Virus record (IMG/VR): IMGVR_UViG_3300022221_000009 | Span: 1 to 57,503 of that record | DNA: 57,503 nt | From: a virus | Lineage: Duplodnaviria; Caudoviricetes | Reading direction: 5' to 3' (one strand) | Shown here: positions 37,101 to 44,921 of the stretch, piece after piece | Layout: each line of letters opens with the position of its first letter | Numbering within the stretch: position 1 is the stretch's first letter | Notes under the pieces: generated by a model | What the model was told of the DNA's origin: nothing | The model's database searches: none | What the model saw: the letters and a program-made list of their open reading frames with translations, nothing else | Made by a program: the position numbers and the translations under genes

Positions 37101-40100
37101 ATCTCTTTGGTGGTCGATAACCCTTTATTATCAAAATCGGGCCAGTGACGTACTCCCTCATACCAAGCACGCAAGTAGGGTTTTACGGCATCCCCCAGAT
37201 CGGCGATCATAGCCTTGGAAAAGTCTGAGAATTTCCGGGCACCGGCCTCGATGTGGTACCCGGCCAGAGTAATACCAGCCTGCATCATTTCCGGATCAAG
37301 GCCGGCACTGACCTGTCCCAGTTTCTTTTTCAGAAGTTCGCGGGCTTTGTCTGCGGCGTCTTGGGTGAAGATGGCATTTGTGCTACCGTAAGTAGCTGGT
37401 TTCTTGGGTTTGGCTTGCTCGACTTCCGCCTCAACCATACCATGACTTTTCAAATAAAGCCGGGCTTCATTTTCCGTTTTAAACTGCTTGGCAGGAACAG
37501 GATCAAGGATAGATGGGCCGCGTGGTTTACGTGACAACACGACTGACTCATGGTTGGCGCCCTTGATGCTAAACCCTTTATTGCCGGCTGGAACTATCTT
37601 GTAAGTCAATGTCTTGCGGGATTTTTTCTTAATCGCCCTCTGCTTATCCGGCTCGGCCACCCGCTTTTTTGTGTCTCCATTGTGTATCCAATCCTTGAAG
37701 GCCTCCAGGGTGTATTCCTTGACGCCACCAATGCCCTGCCAGCCTTTTTCATAGTTAGCCAGGTAAGCCTTGCGTGCGGCCGCTTCATTCTCGAAGCCCA
37801 TCATCACCTTGTGCTCATCGAATCGACGAGACTCGGGATTAACCTGATCGACAACAAACACAGGTAGATCGGCATTCTCGGCCTGATCACTCAGGAACAC
37901 ATCAACGTGATCACCGTCTTTACCTTCGGTTTTCTTGATGTAGCCGTAATGATTGGCCATCTTGATCGACCACTTCTTACCACCTTTATCAGTACCGCTA
38001 CGCTCAGATCCCTTCGGGTTCTCGATGGAGATATCCAGACCATGTAACCGGATATGGCCAAGCTTATAGTTTCCGGCTTTCTTCTGGGCCTGACTGGGTT
38101 CAGGGTGATCGTTGTTTGGGGAAGTGGCGGCTTCGTGAGCAGCTTCGTCGACAGGCTTTGGTTTTTTAGACTCACTTTCTTTTACTCGCTGCCGTGCCTC
38201 TTGCCTTATTTTATTTGCTTTATCTCGGTATGTGACTGCAAGAACGGCATCACCCAGTTCGCCAAGATTCTCTTGCTCCTGAGCCAGTCGGTCATAATTC
38301 GCAGCCCTTCTATCTGCTCCTTTAATGTGTTGTTCTGATGTAGTTCTTTTGATTTTTTGTGAGGATTGCCGCTTTTTACGTTCCTCCCAGAGAATATCCG
38401 GATCTATTGCTTCGTATTCGGATCCTTCTTCAGTTTTACTTGTTATCACAACCCCTGCTTTACGGGCGCTATCGACCTCATCAGACTTGAGGTTCCTGAT
38501 CGGTATCAGCCCCTGTGCAGTGAGAGGAAAATCTGGAAATTCACTAATAAGAGAATCAGGCAAATCAGATAATTGAGCTGACTGTTGGGCGGGAGCCTCA
38601 CCCTGGCTCCCTTTTTTCCTTTCATCCTTGGTTTCGGGCTTCGCGGGTTGTGTATCCTGGGTAGGTTCAGCGGTACGCTTACCTTTCATCTTGGAACGTA
38701 AAGTACGCTGTTTTTCGGTGTCACCTGAACGAAGAGGTTCTTCTTCCAAAGAAAAACCGGCTTGCGCCGGCTTCTTATCTGATTCTGTTTTTACCTTAGA
38801 TCCTGAAGGCTTAGGGGGTTCAGTCTCACTAAGGTCAACATCCTGACCTTGTGGGGCAGGGGTTACTTCTGGCGTGACTTCGGCTTCTTGCCTTCCTGCC
38901 GTTTCTGTCTGAACTCCTGCAGGGCCAGGTCGCGCTGACTCTGTTCCTCCTGCTGGGGTTGCGATGGTTTGGGTTGGTTGTTCATCGGTCTGTCCTGTCA
39001 GTAAGTTGGCCAGGGAACGAAAGGCTGCATCATCTGTGGTTTGGCGTTCCAGAATGGCTTCGGCCTGATCGGCAATATCATCGCCCATTGACCGGGCCTG
39101 TTCAAGCAAATCATAGAACGTCCTGCCCTCGGCATCCATGGCGGGGTGATAATCCTGTTCATCATACTCCCAATTGTCCTCATGGGTGAAGCGACTGAAA
39201 CCATACGTCCGGCGCAATTCACGGGCCTTGTCCAGCTGCTCACGCGCATAGTCCAGGTGTTCCGGGCTGGTACGCTCTCCCTGCACTTCATCCAGGAAGG
39301 CCGTCACGACACGGGCCTCACGTATCCCCAGTTTCTTGGCATTCATAGCCTTATTAATGGCAGTCTGAGCCTGCTCAACTGTGACTTTGGTTTCAGGATT
39401 TGAGGCAAGCGACTGATACCAATCAGGATTAATCGAGGAAGTCCGCCCCGTGATCTTACCGTGTTCATCTTCGATATAACCGATATCACCGCCTTTTATC
39501 AGGGAATCAGCCATTTGCTGGACTTTGACCCGGAAATCCTCACGGGCCAGACGCGGATCAAACAGGTTTTCGGGCAGGCGGGACTGCATGAATCGACGCC
39601 CCTCTTCTACGTCAGTCTCAAGTCCGGCACTGATAGAGGGAGGGCCAGGAGGCGCAGCGGGGCCTACCGTGACTGATTGCATCGGATCCTCGAAATCAAT
39701 CCCCCCTTCATACTTATATATAGGGTTCGCTGGTTGGCCTTGTTGATCCATAGGTTCCAGTTCCAGGTCAGGCGCCGGTTCCACAGGGGTCATTTCCGGA
39801 GCCTCGAAATCAATACCCCCGTCATACTGTACGGATTCATTGATGGCAGGTTCAGGAGTCCCGATCACATCTTCCGCGGCCAAAGGATCGGATAACGAAT
39901 CATTACCCATTGGCTGATCGGCAGCCGATTGACTGTCATTTGGATCACGTTTGCCCTTGTTCAGCTTCATACCCAAGGCTGCACCCAATGAATTCAACAG
40001 GAAACCCAGTGTCCAACCCACTTCCCCGCCACGCTGCACACCTTCGGTCAAATCCTGTTCCGGGTTATAGAGTTGCTGGGCAGCCAGGTTGCCACCAAAC

Positions 40101-41077
40101 TGCTGCATAACTTCTTGAGCCAGTTCCTCAAGCCCGCCCTTGAAGCCTTCTGCCACAATCTTCTTGACACCACCACCGCTGACACGATCAATACGATTCA
40201 ATAGAGACTGAATTGGCAAGGCTTCCATAGCACCTAAAGGGATGCCAGAGGCCATCAACTTGGCGCGAGTACCCGGGTCAACCGCTTCGCCCTTTTGGGC
40301 CTGAAAGTCCTTGTATTCATCGACCAGACCCACCCCTTCCGCAGAGGCACCCAGGCCACCGGCTATCAACCAGCTGGGCATCTTGGCCAGACGGCCGGTT
40401 AAGCCACCCCCCAGAAAACCGAACATTGAGCCAGCACCCGAAGCCAGATCCTGATTAAATTCACCCTGGTACTCGGAATTGGTCGGAAAGTTGTGTTCTA
40501 TCCACTGATCGATTGATTCACCCAGAGAATACAGCGCGGTATCTTCCGGCGTTTTCCCTTCAGGGTTACCTAATACGGGGTTATCACCGAACTGATTGGC
40601 GATAGCCACCGCCCCCTCACTGATCGCCTTGGGGACGGAACTGATCACATGACCGAAGCCCTGCATAAAGGATCCGTAGGCAGACGAGCCACGGCCTTGT
40701 GTAGATGGTATTGTCTCGGCAGGTACCGTGGTCAGCGGATCACTAAACATATCGGCTGTCTGATCAAGGCTGTGTGATCGTGCTTTTGCAGCCGACACCG
40801 CTTCATCGATAGTCTTAAATCCTTCTAGCTGTCGCCCATTTTCCGGATCAACCCCGCCCGCCTGAACTATTTTGTTAATAGCCTCATCCTCTGGCACCTG
40901 TTGACCATTAAACATGCTGGGAATGTTTGTCGGAAGACCATTATTGATTCGTTGATCAGTTACGGTAATAGAACGCTCTGTCGAGAACGTACCATCATCA
41001 TTGCCGACTAATGGACGACCAGAAGCTGTCGGATCACTGAACATATCATCCAGTACCGGCGCAGAATCTTGATTCAT
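28157..41077 (-). CDS. Giant DarB-like polyvalent virion protein (4306 aa)
   Basis: InPase-like domain (GNYKLGH, HYGYI, DGDHVDV), SF2 helicase (GTGTGKT, DESH, QMEGRVYR), N6-MTase (EPSGGHG, NPPF), PRTase (IVDDTLTQGGT), zincin-like HEVLLH, and large polyvalent C-terminal domains; last gene of the ejection cluster. Confidence 0.9.
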   Translation of the reverse strand: MNQDSAPVLDDMFSDPTASGRPLVGNDDGTFSTERSITVTDQRINNGLPTNIPSMFNGQQVPEDEAINKIVQAGGVDPENGRQLEGFKTIDEAVSAAKARSHSLDQTADMFSDPLTTVPAETIPSTQGRGSSAYGSFMQGFGHVISSVPKAISEGAVAIANQFGDNPVLGNPEGKTPEDTALYSLGESIDQWIEHNFPTNSEYQGEFNQDLASGAGSMFGFLGGGLTGRLAKMPSWLIAGGLGASAEGVGLVDEYKDFQAQKGEAVDPGTRAKLMASGIPLGAMEALPIQSLLNRIDRVSGGGVKKIVAEGFKGGLEELAQEVMQQFGGNLAAQQLYNPEQDLTEGVQRGGEVGWTLGFLLNSLGAALGMKLNKGKRDPNDSQSAADQPMGNDSLSDPLAAEDVIGTPEPAINESVQYDGGIDFEAPEMTPVEPAPDLELEPMDQQGQPANPIYKYEGGIDFEDPMQSVTVGPAAPPGPPSISAGLETDVEEGRRFMQSRLPENLFDPRLAREDFRVKVQQMADSLIKGGDIGYIEDEHGKITGRTSSINPDWYQSLASNPETKVTVEQAQTAINKAMNAKKLGIREARVVTAFLDEVQGERTSPEHLDYAREQLDKARELRRTYGFSRFTHEDNWEYDEQDYHPAMDAEGRTFYDLLEQARSMGDDIADQAEAILERQTTDDAAFRSLANLLTGQTDEQPTQTIATPAGGTESARPGPAGVQTETAGRQEAEVTPEVTPAPQGQDVDLSETEPPKPSGSKVKTESDKKPAQAGFSLEEEPLRSGDTEKQRTLRSKMKGKRTAEPTQDTQPAKPETKDERKKGSQGEAPAQQSAQLSDLPDSLISEFPDFPLTAQGLIPIRNLKSDEVDSARKAGVVITSKTEEGSEYEAIDPDILWEERKKRQSSQKIKRTTSEQHIKGADRRAANYDRLAQEQENLGELGDAVLAVTYRDKANKIRQEARQRVKESESKKPKPVDEAAHEAATSPNNDHPEPSQAQKKAGNYKLGHIRLHGLDISIENPKGSERSGTDKGGKKWSIKMANHYGYIKKTEGKDGDHVDVFLSDQAENADLPVFVVDQVNPESRRFDEHKVMMGFENEAAARKAYLANYEKGWQGIGGVKEYTLEAFKDWIHNGDTKKRVAEPDKQRAIKKKSRKTLTYKIVPAGNKGFSIKGANHESVVLSRKPRGPSILDPVPAKQFKTENEARLYLKSHGMVEAEVEQAKPKKPATYGSTNAIFTQDAADKARELLKKKLGQVSAGLDPEMMQAGITLAGYHIEAGARKFSDFSKAMIADLGDAVKPYLRAWYEGVRHWPDFDNKGLSTTKEIELYSKQETNNVSSTGDNLESDSTTGQEPGSEDAVRDAGRGTGKDAGTSSQSTESRQGGQQGDRRVSDDSPADVGESGNFDLFSQDGQFRSEEGPAGRTDTGRSDTTDDAGVQTEPETSLHIEPYATESEHQAKLDRQRKAERIKNIHQDIDNIRETLPFLTPEQQDDVLKTEKRFYEANGKGMMFTNGTGTGKTYTGLGIAKRFAKDGKNNILIVTPSEAKVTDWAIDAKNLFIKAEPLPNVVSAGEGAVVTTYANFRQNKALLERHWDLILYDESHKLMENMQGKKSDTTEQHYTITNHRDFEYKVRGRNELRDEYAKYQTKVKKEAERLEEIEKLNGFAAEDKARKKYKEEYKLLEKQADKLADKYRKWEEESPTKVVFLSATPWAGHKNVFYADGYVFDTTEGYDESSTSHYNAGDNFDQFLVSNFGYHMRYNRAERPEAGIDVGLLERNFNQQLVEAGSLSGRAIEVEQDYAREFVLVDPDIGTEIDRGMYDVIDHKSYPKLSEHLRQKTKGIYKHRLLETIKAKASIERIEKHLALGRKVVVFHNYIEGAPAHPFRFVGNGEEELEQEITHFKNHHSDLVNLDLSGLRPVVDTLLKHFGEKVAVFNGRQSKKDRRAAIKDFNNDNNELSILVVQKMAGKEGISLHDITGKRQRVVMVLGLPTSPTDAIQMEGRVYRIGVQSDAIFEYPVINTSFERFAYADTISQRVSTAENLAMGLTARDMDIAFKEGYLNPVEESPKEGQGKGGKEGDRNQREISDFDRAKTYYLARGKKTSRNKSAEGKDYFATPEPLGLKMVEWSNIKPNEDAMEPSGGHGAIARFFPGHSNNTAIEPSGRLASELAVVTNGKVIRDTFENHHLINKYDVIAMNPPFGKGGSDAIRHIEKAIKHLKNGGRITAIIPRGGMADKRFDKLMYDNKLTENIYLAADITLPTATFERAATKVATRVVVLDRQDNPEDAPQSANYDFSSFESVHEFFDEIEDFSIDPRNEPTKTKEEREAEEAEAKAQEEAKRTGLEMTEGEHTRDHYPIWTIKMVDRVPRDRYMELKSLAKKHDGYYSRYATGFIFKEKENAEAFMVEALPSDESVSFSLGDKVRTPWPENYPNAVILKTAKEAQGHPDYRAAKDGDIEAAYRLARDLIEDEDINKLSGAIGDNYPIVVAIHAEERVSVNQIPLAYAEVIGNELGLEVDESIVQTEKIGRGGSDGFYRLANQPTFTGEVEKGRKYLIVDDTLTQGGTLASLRGYIESQGGEVILTSALMGKQYSSKLAPSQEILQKLRERYGNEFEQWFVSEFGYGFDSLTESEARYLDRVKVPETESVRDRLLAAKQARQSAASEGTEGSGPPVSAKLSNTETRPQTGFSVSGVQEIVDRLTSSWKNKPKITVLSSIEDVPDKFKNQIKGKENRIKGFVDNQTGEVYLVAGNLLNDADVERAIFHEVLLHAGFKGFGDQAVTILKQVYLAVGRSSLVDIAKRYNFDLDKESDRLKAVEEYLAKLAESYHANTLSKKAKQLFDRIVSMIRDLMRQLGFNLKLTKADMGVILQDAANHIRKETAVAGETVSEGVSYSVNAPIFYSQLQSVLAKKLPNSGPAKQLAMTVQSWAKKGEFKQEELEWSGLVEWLQEQEGKVSKDQVLDYLRVNNIQIEEMEKISGKYKELEELNKYRREMEIKYGTTQTYEWPKAAIEKLQKLQEAAHRPSSVAKFAGYQLPGGKNYREMLLTLPVKKLSEDASAKQFYENFMRKGGEPSWDDLSESEKLDIKDQVPEVALSAPDGESYKSSHFDEPNVLAHIRFNERTDAEGKRVLFVEEVQSDWHQEGRKKGYKKDVPSDSEVRQFFELDSTVTDIESYRQEMMEHSDYTKNTVPDAPFKTTWPLLAMKRMIRYAAENGFDRIAWTTGEQQADRYDLSKQIDSVEYNSGTETLYAYKDHDRVISKSDVKEEDLPDLIGKEAADKLIKNKRWDNKNGGSSYHLEGEQLKVGGEGMKGFYDKILPSAVNKYVKKWGAKVGKTNIGKRKYLKGLFAMGNNRGEWHVVDMDENILDTFASEEEADAFVNKNENQLDPLVTHSIDISKKMRDAVLEQGQVMFSLGDPISKDHRDDLPDNQKKLLDRLGKGQPIDRVFRKAFDIAGVPDKTKKGYNQLEKLVMDRKFNTDGYMGWMNPFLEHLRAGLIDRYGLTEEYKQRDFEREAEKRRIQMEGADFINTMMNRGMDVKEAKVFKAILEGEQIPDSEWNDIAAPVRQALDQLGHELVELGWLDAETYERHRGTWLHRAYKKHEIEQTGLGRWVNNQLSNRRAKMIGSQLRQRGMNMNIEQDKLLDAVPVDWWGRQKFKNKTDGSLQGMKFIVLDKVQAVGQGTETFEGMGEPGRKPRVLDRRYWPADVPLPNMYKGWDNKGIWEARGYKGNKITLWRDFTQSERESMGEILDARYVLAKSYMLLANDVSTARFYSDIAKNPNWVWSEEGPPDSGTITTPKGAMATYVGYEWVQIPESTLPGTTKRLWGPLAGKYVRAEIWRDLNELRRLQVPGLWRKLLTQWKLNKTARNPVVHMNNIMSNFIFMDMADIRWQDLYRGWYALRHETKDYRDAVEHGVFGSNFVDQEVRRQILDPLLEELKSQNLDEASGAEGRLNNLSQMYESIWKWVGKADKRMIDWYSMEDEIFRMATYMRRLSLGDQPDVSARAAREQFLNYDIRAPWVNAMRGTVLPFIAYTYRAVPVIAKSIAERPWKLAKYTTIAYMVNALGYMLSPGDEDEERRSMREQAQGNTWLPGVPRMMRMPWHDEHGNPVFLDIRRWIPAGDVFDMNQGQWALPIPAPLQLSGPLMLAGELALNKQAFTGKEIVDSKIDTTGESAAKLGGWAWRSWMPAAPWIPESWYWQKIERSIKGGRDMLGREYGIGYAFLSSAGVKLAPHDVKYGLSWHARDIDQIQRALSSQMFQLESDKKRNLIDGQEYLKQKQVIKRKMENLREHAKKVLGQE
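33001..33030 (-). terminator. Terminator-like hairpin inside the giant ORF
   Basis: Minus strand AAACCCGG-CCACAAA-CCGGGTTTTCTG, just after the PRTase domain. Confidence 0.4.
36697..37071 (-). CDS. Overprinted gene (124 aa) in the +1 frame inside the giant ORF
   Basis: AGGAG-N7-ATG (MFQVPATIWNQ...); amphipathic helical sequence exactly where the main frame is low-complexity. Confidence 0.65.
   Translation of the reverse strand: MFQVPATIWNQIAPLAKSQAAKMLFVMQDEELERTLEHQANLLKADKVDNKVIVAYQTIALPMLENQAISTYLAKTDNLDLRKALPDVQTPDEATQLMTQEYRLNQKQASTLNRMLRNLSTKPN
38863..38985 (-). CDS. Possible overprinted 40-aa gene in the +1 frame
   Basis: AGGA-N8-ATG (MNNQPKPSQ...KKPKSRQK); terminator-like hairpin downstream at about 38752-38778. 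Confidence 0.3.
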   Translation of the reverse strand: MNNQPKPSQPQQEEQSQRDLALQEFRQKRQEGKKPKSRQK

Positions 41078-41080
41078 GAA

Positions 41081-42592
41081 TTAACCTTTGAGTGATTGCT
41101 TGAGTTGTTTTTTCAGTTTGACGGCTTCCTGCAGTTCTTTGCCATCCAGGTAGGGCATGGCATCTTCAACCGTTTTTAATGCTGAATGAGCAGGCCGTCC
41201 TGCCCTACTACTACCACCTCCAGGCAAGGATTTTCCACGCAGCTTGGTCAATAACTTCTGATAGGCTGCAACCTTTTTATCTTTGAGAGCCGTTTTCGCT
41301 TTACTGGGAACGCTGCCCTTTACTGATTCATTGGGACTCGCTATACCGCCAGGCACGCCGGTTGTCGCCATGGCTGGGTTTTGTGTCGGAGCTGGAGCCT
41401 GGATCGGATCAGGGAAATACTGTTTCACCTTCTGTTCCAGTTTATCTGCCGGCGTGTCTGGCCACATCTTACTCATAAGCGAACGATACGCATCCGGGCT
41501 TTGTTTAGCCTGAGCTTGTTCTTGCGCAGAAGGTGAATAGAACGGTTGCCGTTGTCCGGTTAAAGATGAATAGAACGGTTGCCGTTGTCCGGTTACAGGT
41601 TGTTTAACACCTTGTGTACTGGCACTCAATCCTTCATCCCTGTACTGCGTTTCCCCACTGGCAATATACTGTTTCACGTTATTTTCTGCTTTCGCTTGGC
41701 TCTCAGCGACCAGCTGCTGTGCCCGTTGCTGTATCCATTGATCGCGCTCCATACCAAAATCGGTTTGATCGGTAGTCCCCAAGCGGGCTTTGCTCTCGGC
41801 TTCTTGTTGCGCCATGGCCGTTGCCTCACTAACCGACAAAATCTGACTGGCCGCCTTACGCCCAATAGAAGCCCAGACTCCAGCTGGTTCGGGATTACCC
41901 CCGGCCTGTTGTTTACGCTGCACATCGGCATGATGTAAGCGTTGAGCCACGTTTAGGGCATAATCAAACTTATCGACCTGATCGGGTGGGATAAACAACT
42001 GATCGAGTTTGCTGTTATAGTTCCCACCGAACTCACCGGCCAAGACCCCTTTGATCTGATTATCCACGGTAGTCATGTTGTATTTTGCATACCCGCCACC
42101 ACCGACACCACCGATCTTTGGATTTTCGGCAATCAAGTCACCTTTGTCAGTAAAGGCTTTATTCCCCGGCGCCAGCGAGTTGAATCCCGGATCTTTTTTC
42201 TGAAACAGTTTGGCTGAGTTTTGTGGGCTTGCCAGGACCAACATAGTCGAACCAAACTCATCACGATCTTTAAAGGTTTTAGTAGGCAAGCCGCCCCCTT
42301 CAATCGTAATACTGCCATCATTATTTTTGTACGCTTTGAGAGGATCTTCTGTCCCAAATAAATTACTGGCCCAATCCGCTACCGGCTGCGGATCATCTGT
42401 CATCAGGAATTGGCGCATAGCGCCATCCAGGGCAGTAGTAATTTCACGATGTTTTGTTGCAAAGCCACGATCTTCTCTCGACCATTCGGCACGTTCATTG
42501 CGCAGTTTCTTTTCATCCTGCGCATCCATTTCATCCGTAATACCACGCAAACCCAAACCCGTTGTAGGTAAGCCACCTGCAAGCATGCTCAT
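41081..42592 (-). CDS. Internal virion/DNA ejection protein
   Basis: Position before the giant gene; Q/A/G-rich; contains a 33-bp-period duplication at 41534-41595. Confidence 0.65.
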   Translation of the reverse strand: MSMLAGGLPTTGLGLRGITDEMDAQDEKKLRNERAEWSREDRGFATKHREITTALDGAMRQFLMTDDPQPVADWASNLFGTEDPLKAYKNNDGSITIEGGGLPTKTFKDRDEFGSTMLVLASPQNSAKLFQKKDPGFNSLAPGNKAFTDKGDLIAENPKIGGVGGGGYAKYNMTTVDNQIKGVLAGEFGGNYNSKLDQLFIPPDQVDKFDYALNVAQRLHHADVQRKQQAGGNPEPAGVWASIGRKAASQILSVSEATAMAQQEAESKARLGTTDQTDFGMERDQWIQQRAQQLVAESQAKAENNVKQYIASGETQYRDEGLSASTQGVKQPVTGQRQPFYSSLTGQRQPFYSPSAQEQAQAKQSPDAYRSLMSKMWPDTPADKLEQKVKQYFPDPIQAPAPTQNPAMATTGVPGGIASPNESVKGSVPSKAKTALKDKKVAAYQKLLTKLRGKSLPGGGSSRAGRPAHSALKTVEDAMPYLDGKELQEAVKLKKQLKQSLKG

Positions 42593-44403
42593 ATTAAACC
42601 CCCTGCTCTATATTGAAGACCGAGATTATTCATTTCGTCAAGCCTGTCCTTACCATACAGATCGACTGCCGCTTTACTAAAAATATACTCACCGTCACTC
42701 ACTCGGATTGGCCGACCGTCATTTGCCTCAACAGCAGGAATAGAGTCTGATGTCCCTGTTCCTGGACCATTAATTAACCCATAGTCAACATCATCATCAC
42801 CGATTGCCCCACCTTCAGCAAATCCAAATTTGGCAAACCCAAATTTTGTAATCGGTGAAGTAACGGATTTACCTTTGTTCCATGTGTCGATCATTCGAGG
42901 TGCAGCAGTCATCGGTGATTTTGACGCCATTTTGTTTATGACGTTAGATTGGATTGAATTACCAGATGGCTTATAGAAAGGCAGCATATGTATGGAATTA
43001 TTGCTTGATGCGTTAACCGGCAAAGTGGAATTATTGCTTGATTGATTTTTACTTTTGTAATTCTTGTATGGATTATAACCAAGCTTAGTTTGATCAAAAG
43101 TTCCATCTTTTTTATAATAATCACTGCCATATTTACCTTCCCTCATAGCATCTTCCGGCATATTTTCATCCATAACCCATCCTGGCTTTAGACCCGGCCA
43201 ACCATATTGACGGATATATTGCTGTACCTGCGGTGGTGGACGGATCCCTTTTTTCATGTCGCGCATATATATTTCGGCTGGAACAGCAAACGGCCAGTCA
43301 CCTTCCCCTACGCCGCCATAACCACCATGCTCATTTTGCTTATACTGCCATGGTGCAGGTCCTCGCGTATCTGTCCAGACACCACCCTGATTGCCGGATT
43401 GTTGAGGGAAGTTTCTTGCTATTGATCCAGCTCCTGCGTTAATGTTGTTTCCAACTAATTTATTGTATCCAGCTGATAAAAGCGGATTTGAAGAGACAAC
43501 CGCGCTGGTTATCGGATTGCTGTTGACGACACCTTTTGCGAAAGACTTTACTCCACCCCCAACCATGCCGCCAATTGTGCCACCCCAACCGTATCTTTCG
43601 TCTTGGCCGACAAGCCCTCCGGCTGCAAAATCATCAAAATCATCATAATTATAATTATAATCATCTTCATAACTGTAGCCTTGATTTTGACCAGGGTAGG
43701 ACTCAGTGCCACTACTCTTAAATAAATCGCCAGTACGATAAATTAGATTCGTTAATGCCCTGTTTTGATTGTATTGGTTCTGAGACAGAGAGTTATTCAT
43801 CGCCATATTATTACGCATTGCATTACTCATCGTGACACCGGCACCACCTGCTGAATTGCCTGCCTGACCAGCCATAGCGGCCGCCTGACTTGGAAGACCT
43901 TTACCCATCGAGGCCACATCAAACCGCTTGCCCCACGTTAAATTTTCTGCGCGATCACGTTCACCCTGACGAGCCAGATTTCGACCAGCCACCAAATCCT
44001 TGGTTTTTGAACGATTTCGCTTTTCCATCATCGAAGCATATTGTGGATCGGATGGGTTTAAACCAGACCGTTCCAGGTTTCGATTAAACGACTCTTCGCC
44101 CAGGTTATAGGCCTGCTCAACATCAGCCGTCACATCACCCAGTCGCTCATCATACCGTGGCTCGACGCCGGTCATCGCTTCCATCGATAACATTTCATTT
44201 AGTGGCTGATATGTTGTCAGATAGTTATTCCATTGCTCTTTTGCAAGGTCGAGCTGTTCCCTGGATATCTGCATCTGCATTTCGGCAATTTCCTTGGCTT
44301 GCGCCTGCCCTGCTGCGTTTTGTGCTGCTGCCTCTTTATTGGCCTTTCCTCCTTGAACGATACCATAAAGGCCCACCGCCGCTGCTGCCCATGTTGCTGG
44401 CAT
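42589..44403 (-). CDS. Internal virion/DNA ejection protein
   Basis: A/G-rich hydrophobic N-terminus, coiled coil, C-terminal GPGTGTSDSIPA...SDGEYI. Confidence 0.7.
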   Translation of the reverse strand: MPATWAAAAVGLYGIVQGGKANKEAAAQNAAGQAQAKEIAEMQMQISREQLDLAKEQWNNYLTTYQPLNEMLSMEAMTGVEPRYDERLGDVTADVEQAYNLGEESFNRNLERSGLNPSDPQYASMMEKRNRSKTKDLVAGRNLARQGERDRAENLTWGKRFDVASMGKGLPSQAAAMAGQAGNSAGGAGVTMSNAMRNNMAMNNSLSQNQYNQNRALTNLIYRTGDLFKSSGTESYPGQNQGYSYEDDYNYNYDDFDDFAAGGLVGQDERYGWGGTIGGMVGGGVKSFAKGVVNSNPITSAVVSSNPLLSAGYNKLVGNNINAGAGSIARNFPQQSGNQGGVWTDTRGPAPWQYKQNEHGGYGGVGEGDWPFAVPAEIYMRDMKKGIRPPPQVQQYIRQYGWPGLKPGWVMDENMPEDAMREGKYGSDYYKKDGTFDQTKLGYNPYKNYKSKNQSSNNSTLPVNASSNNSIHMLPFYKPSGNSIQSNVINKMASKSPMTAAPRMIDTWNKGKSVTSPITKFGFAKFGFAEGGAIGDDDVDYGLINGPGTGTSDSIPAVEANDGRPIRVSDGEYIFSKAAVDLYGKDRLDEMNNLGLQYRAGGLI

Positions 44404-44404
44404 A

Positions 44405-44917
44405 TCAACCTCCTACCTTTAGTTCGTGAAATATATTACGCATTGCAAGATGATCAATATCAAACACATCTTGAACCTGAATATTCATTTTAATTAACTG
44501 TTTCCCACGTAAATCGTTATAAGGGTCATCAGAAAGGTAAGACCATATTTCTGGTAGCCTTTCATTAATCGATTGAAACGGGATCCGTAACCCATTAAGA
44601 CCATCCATAATACTTTTAAGTTGATCGATTGTTTTTGTTCCGTCTATCCCGTGAGTTTGCCGCATAAACTCAATCGCCCTTTTTGGATCTCTTTCAATAA
44701 TCAATATTTTTGCGTCAGGAAAATGTTTTTTATAATCCAGCAAAAGGCACGCTGGCCCACTATCGCCACCACTCCCAATTTTTTTCTTGTATTCATCCAT
44801 GTTATGACATCCGTTCAAACCTTCATGAAGACAATTCGACTTTCCATGCGTCATAAACACAGAAAGCCATGCCGTCCTACTTCTTGGCAGGCCGACGATG
44901 AAAAAATTATCAATCAT
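44405..44917 (-). CDS. Sulfotransferase-like P-loop protein
   Basis: FFIVGLPRSRTAWLS, CLHE and AKILIIERDP motifs. Confidence 0.55.
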   Translation of the reverse strand: MIDNFFIVGLPRSRTAWLSVFMTHGKSNCLHEGLNGCHNMDEYKKKIGSGGDSGPACLLLDYKKHFPDAKILIIERDPKRAIEFMRQTHGIDGTKTIDQLKSIMDGLNGLRIPFQSINERLPEIWSYLSDDPYNDLRGKQLIKMNIQVQDVFDIDHLAMRNIFHELKVGG

Positions 44918-44921
44918 TATT

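Noticed and set aside
41534-41595. Regulatory or DGR-like repeat
   Set aside because: It is an in-frame 11-codon duplication; no reverse transcriptase is seen in the genome.
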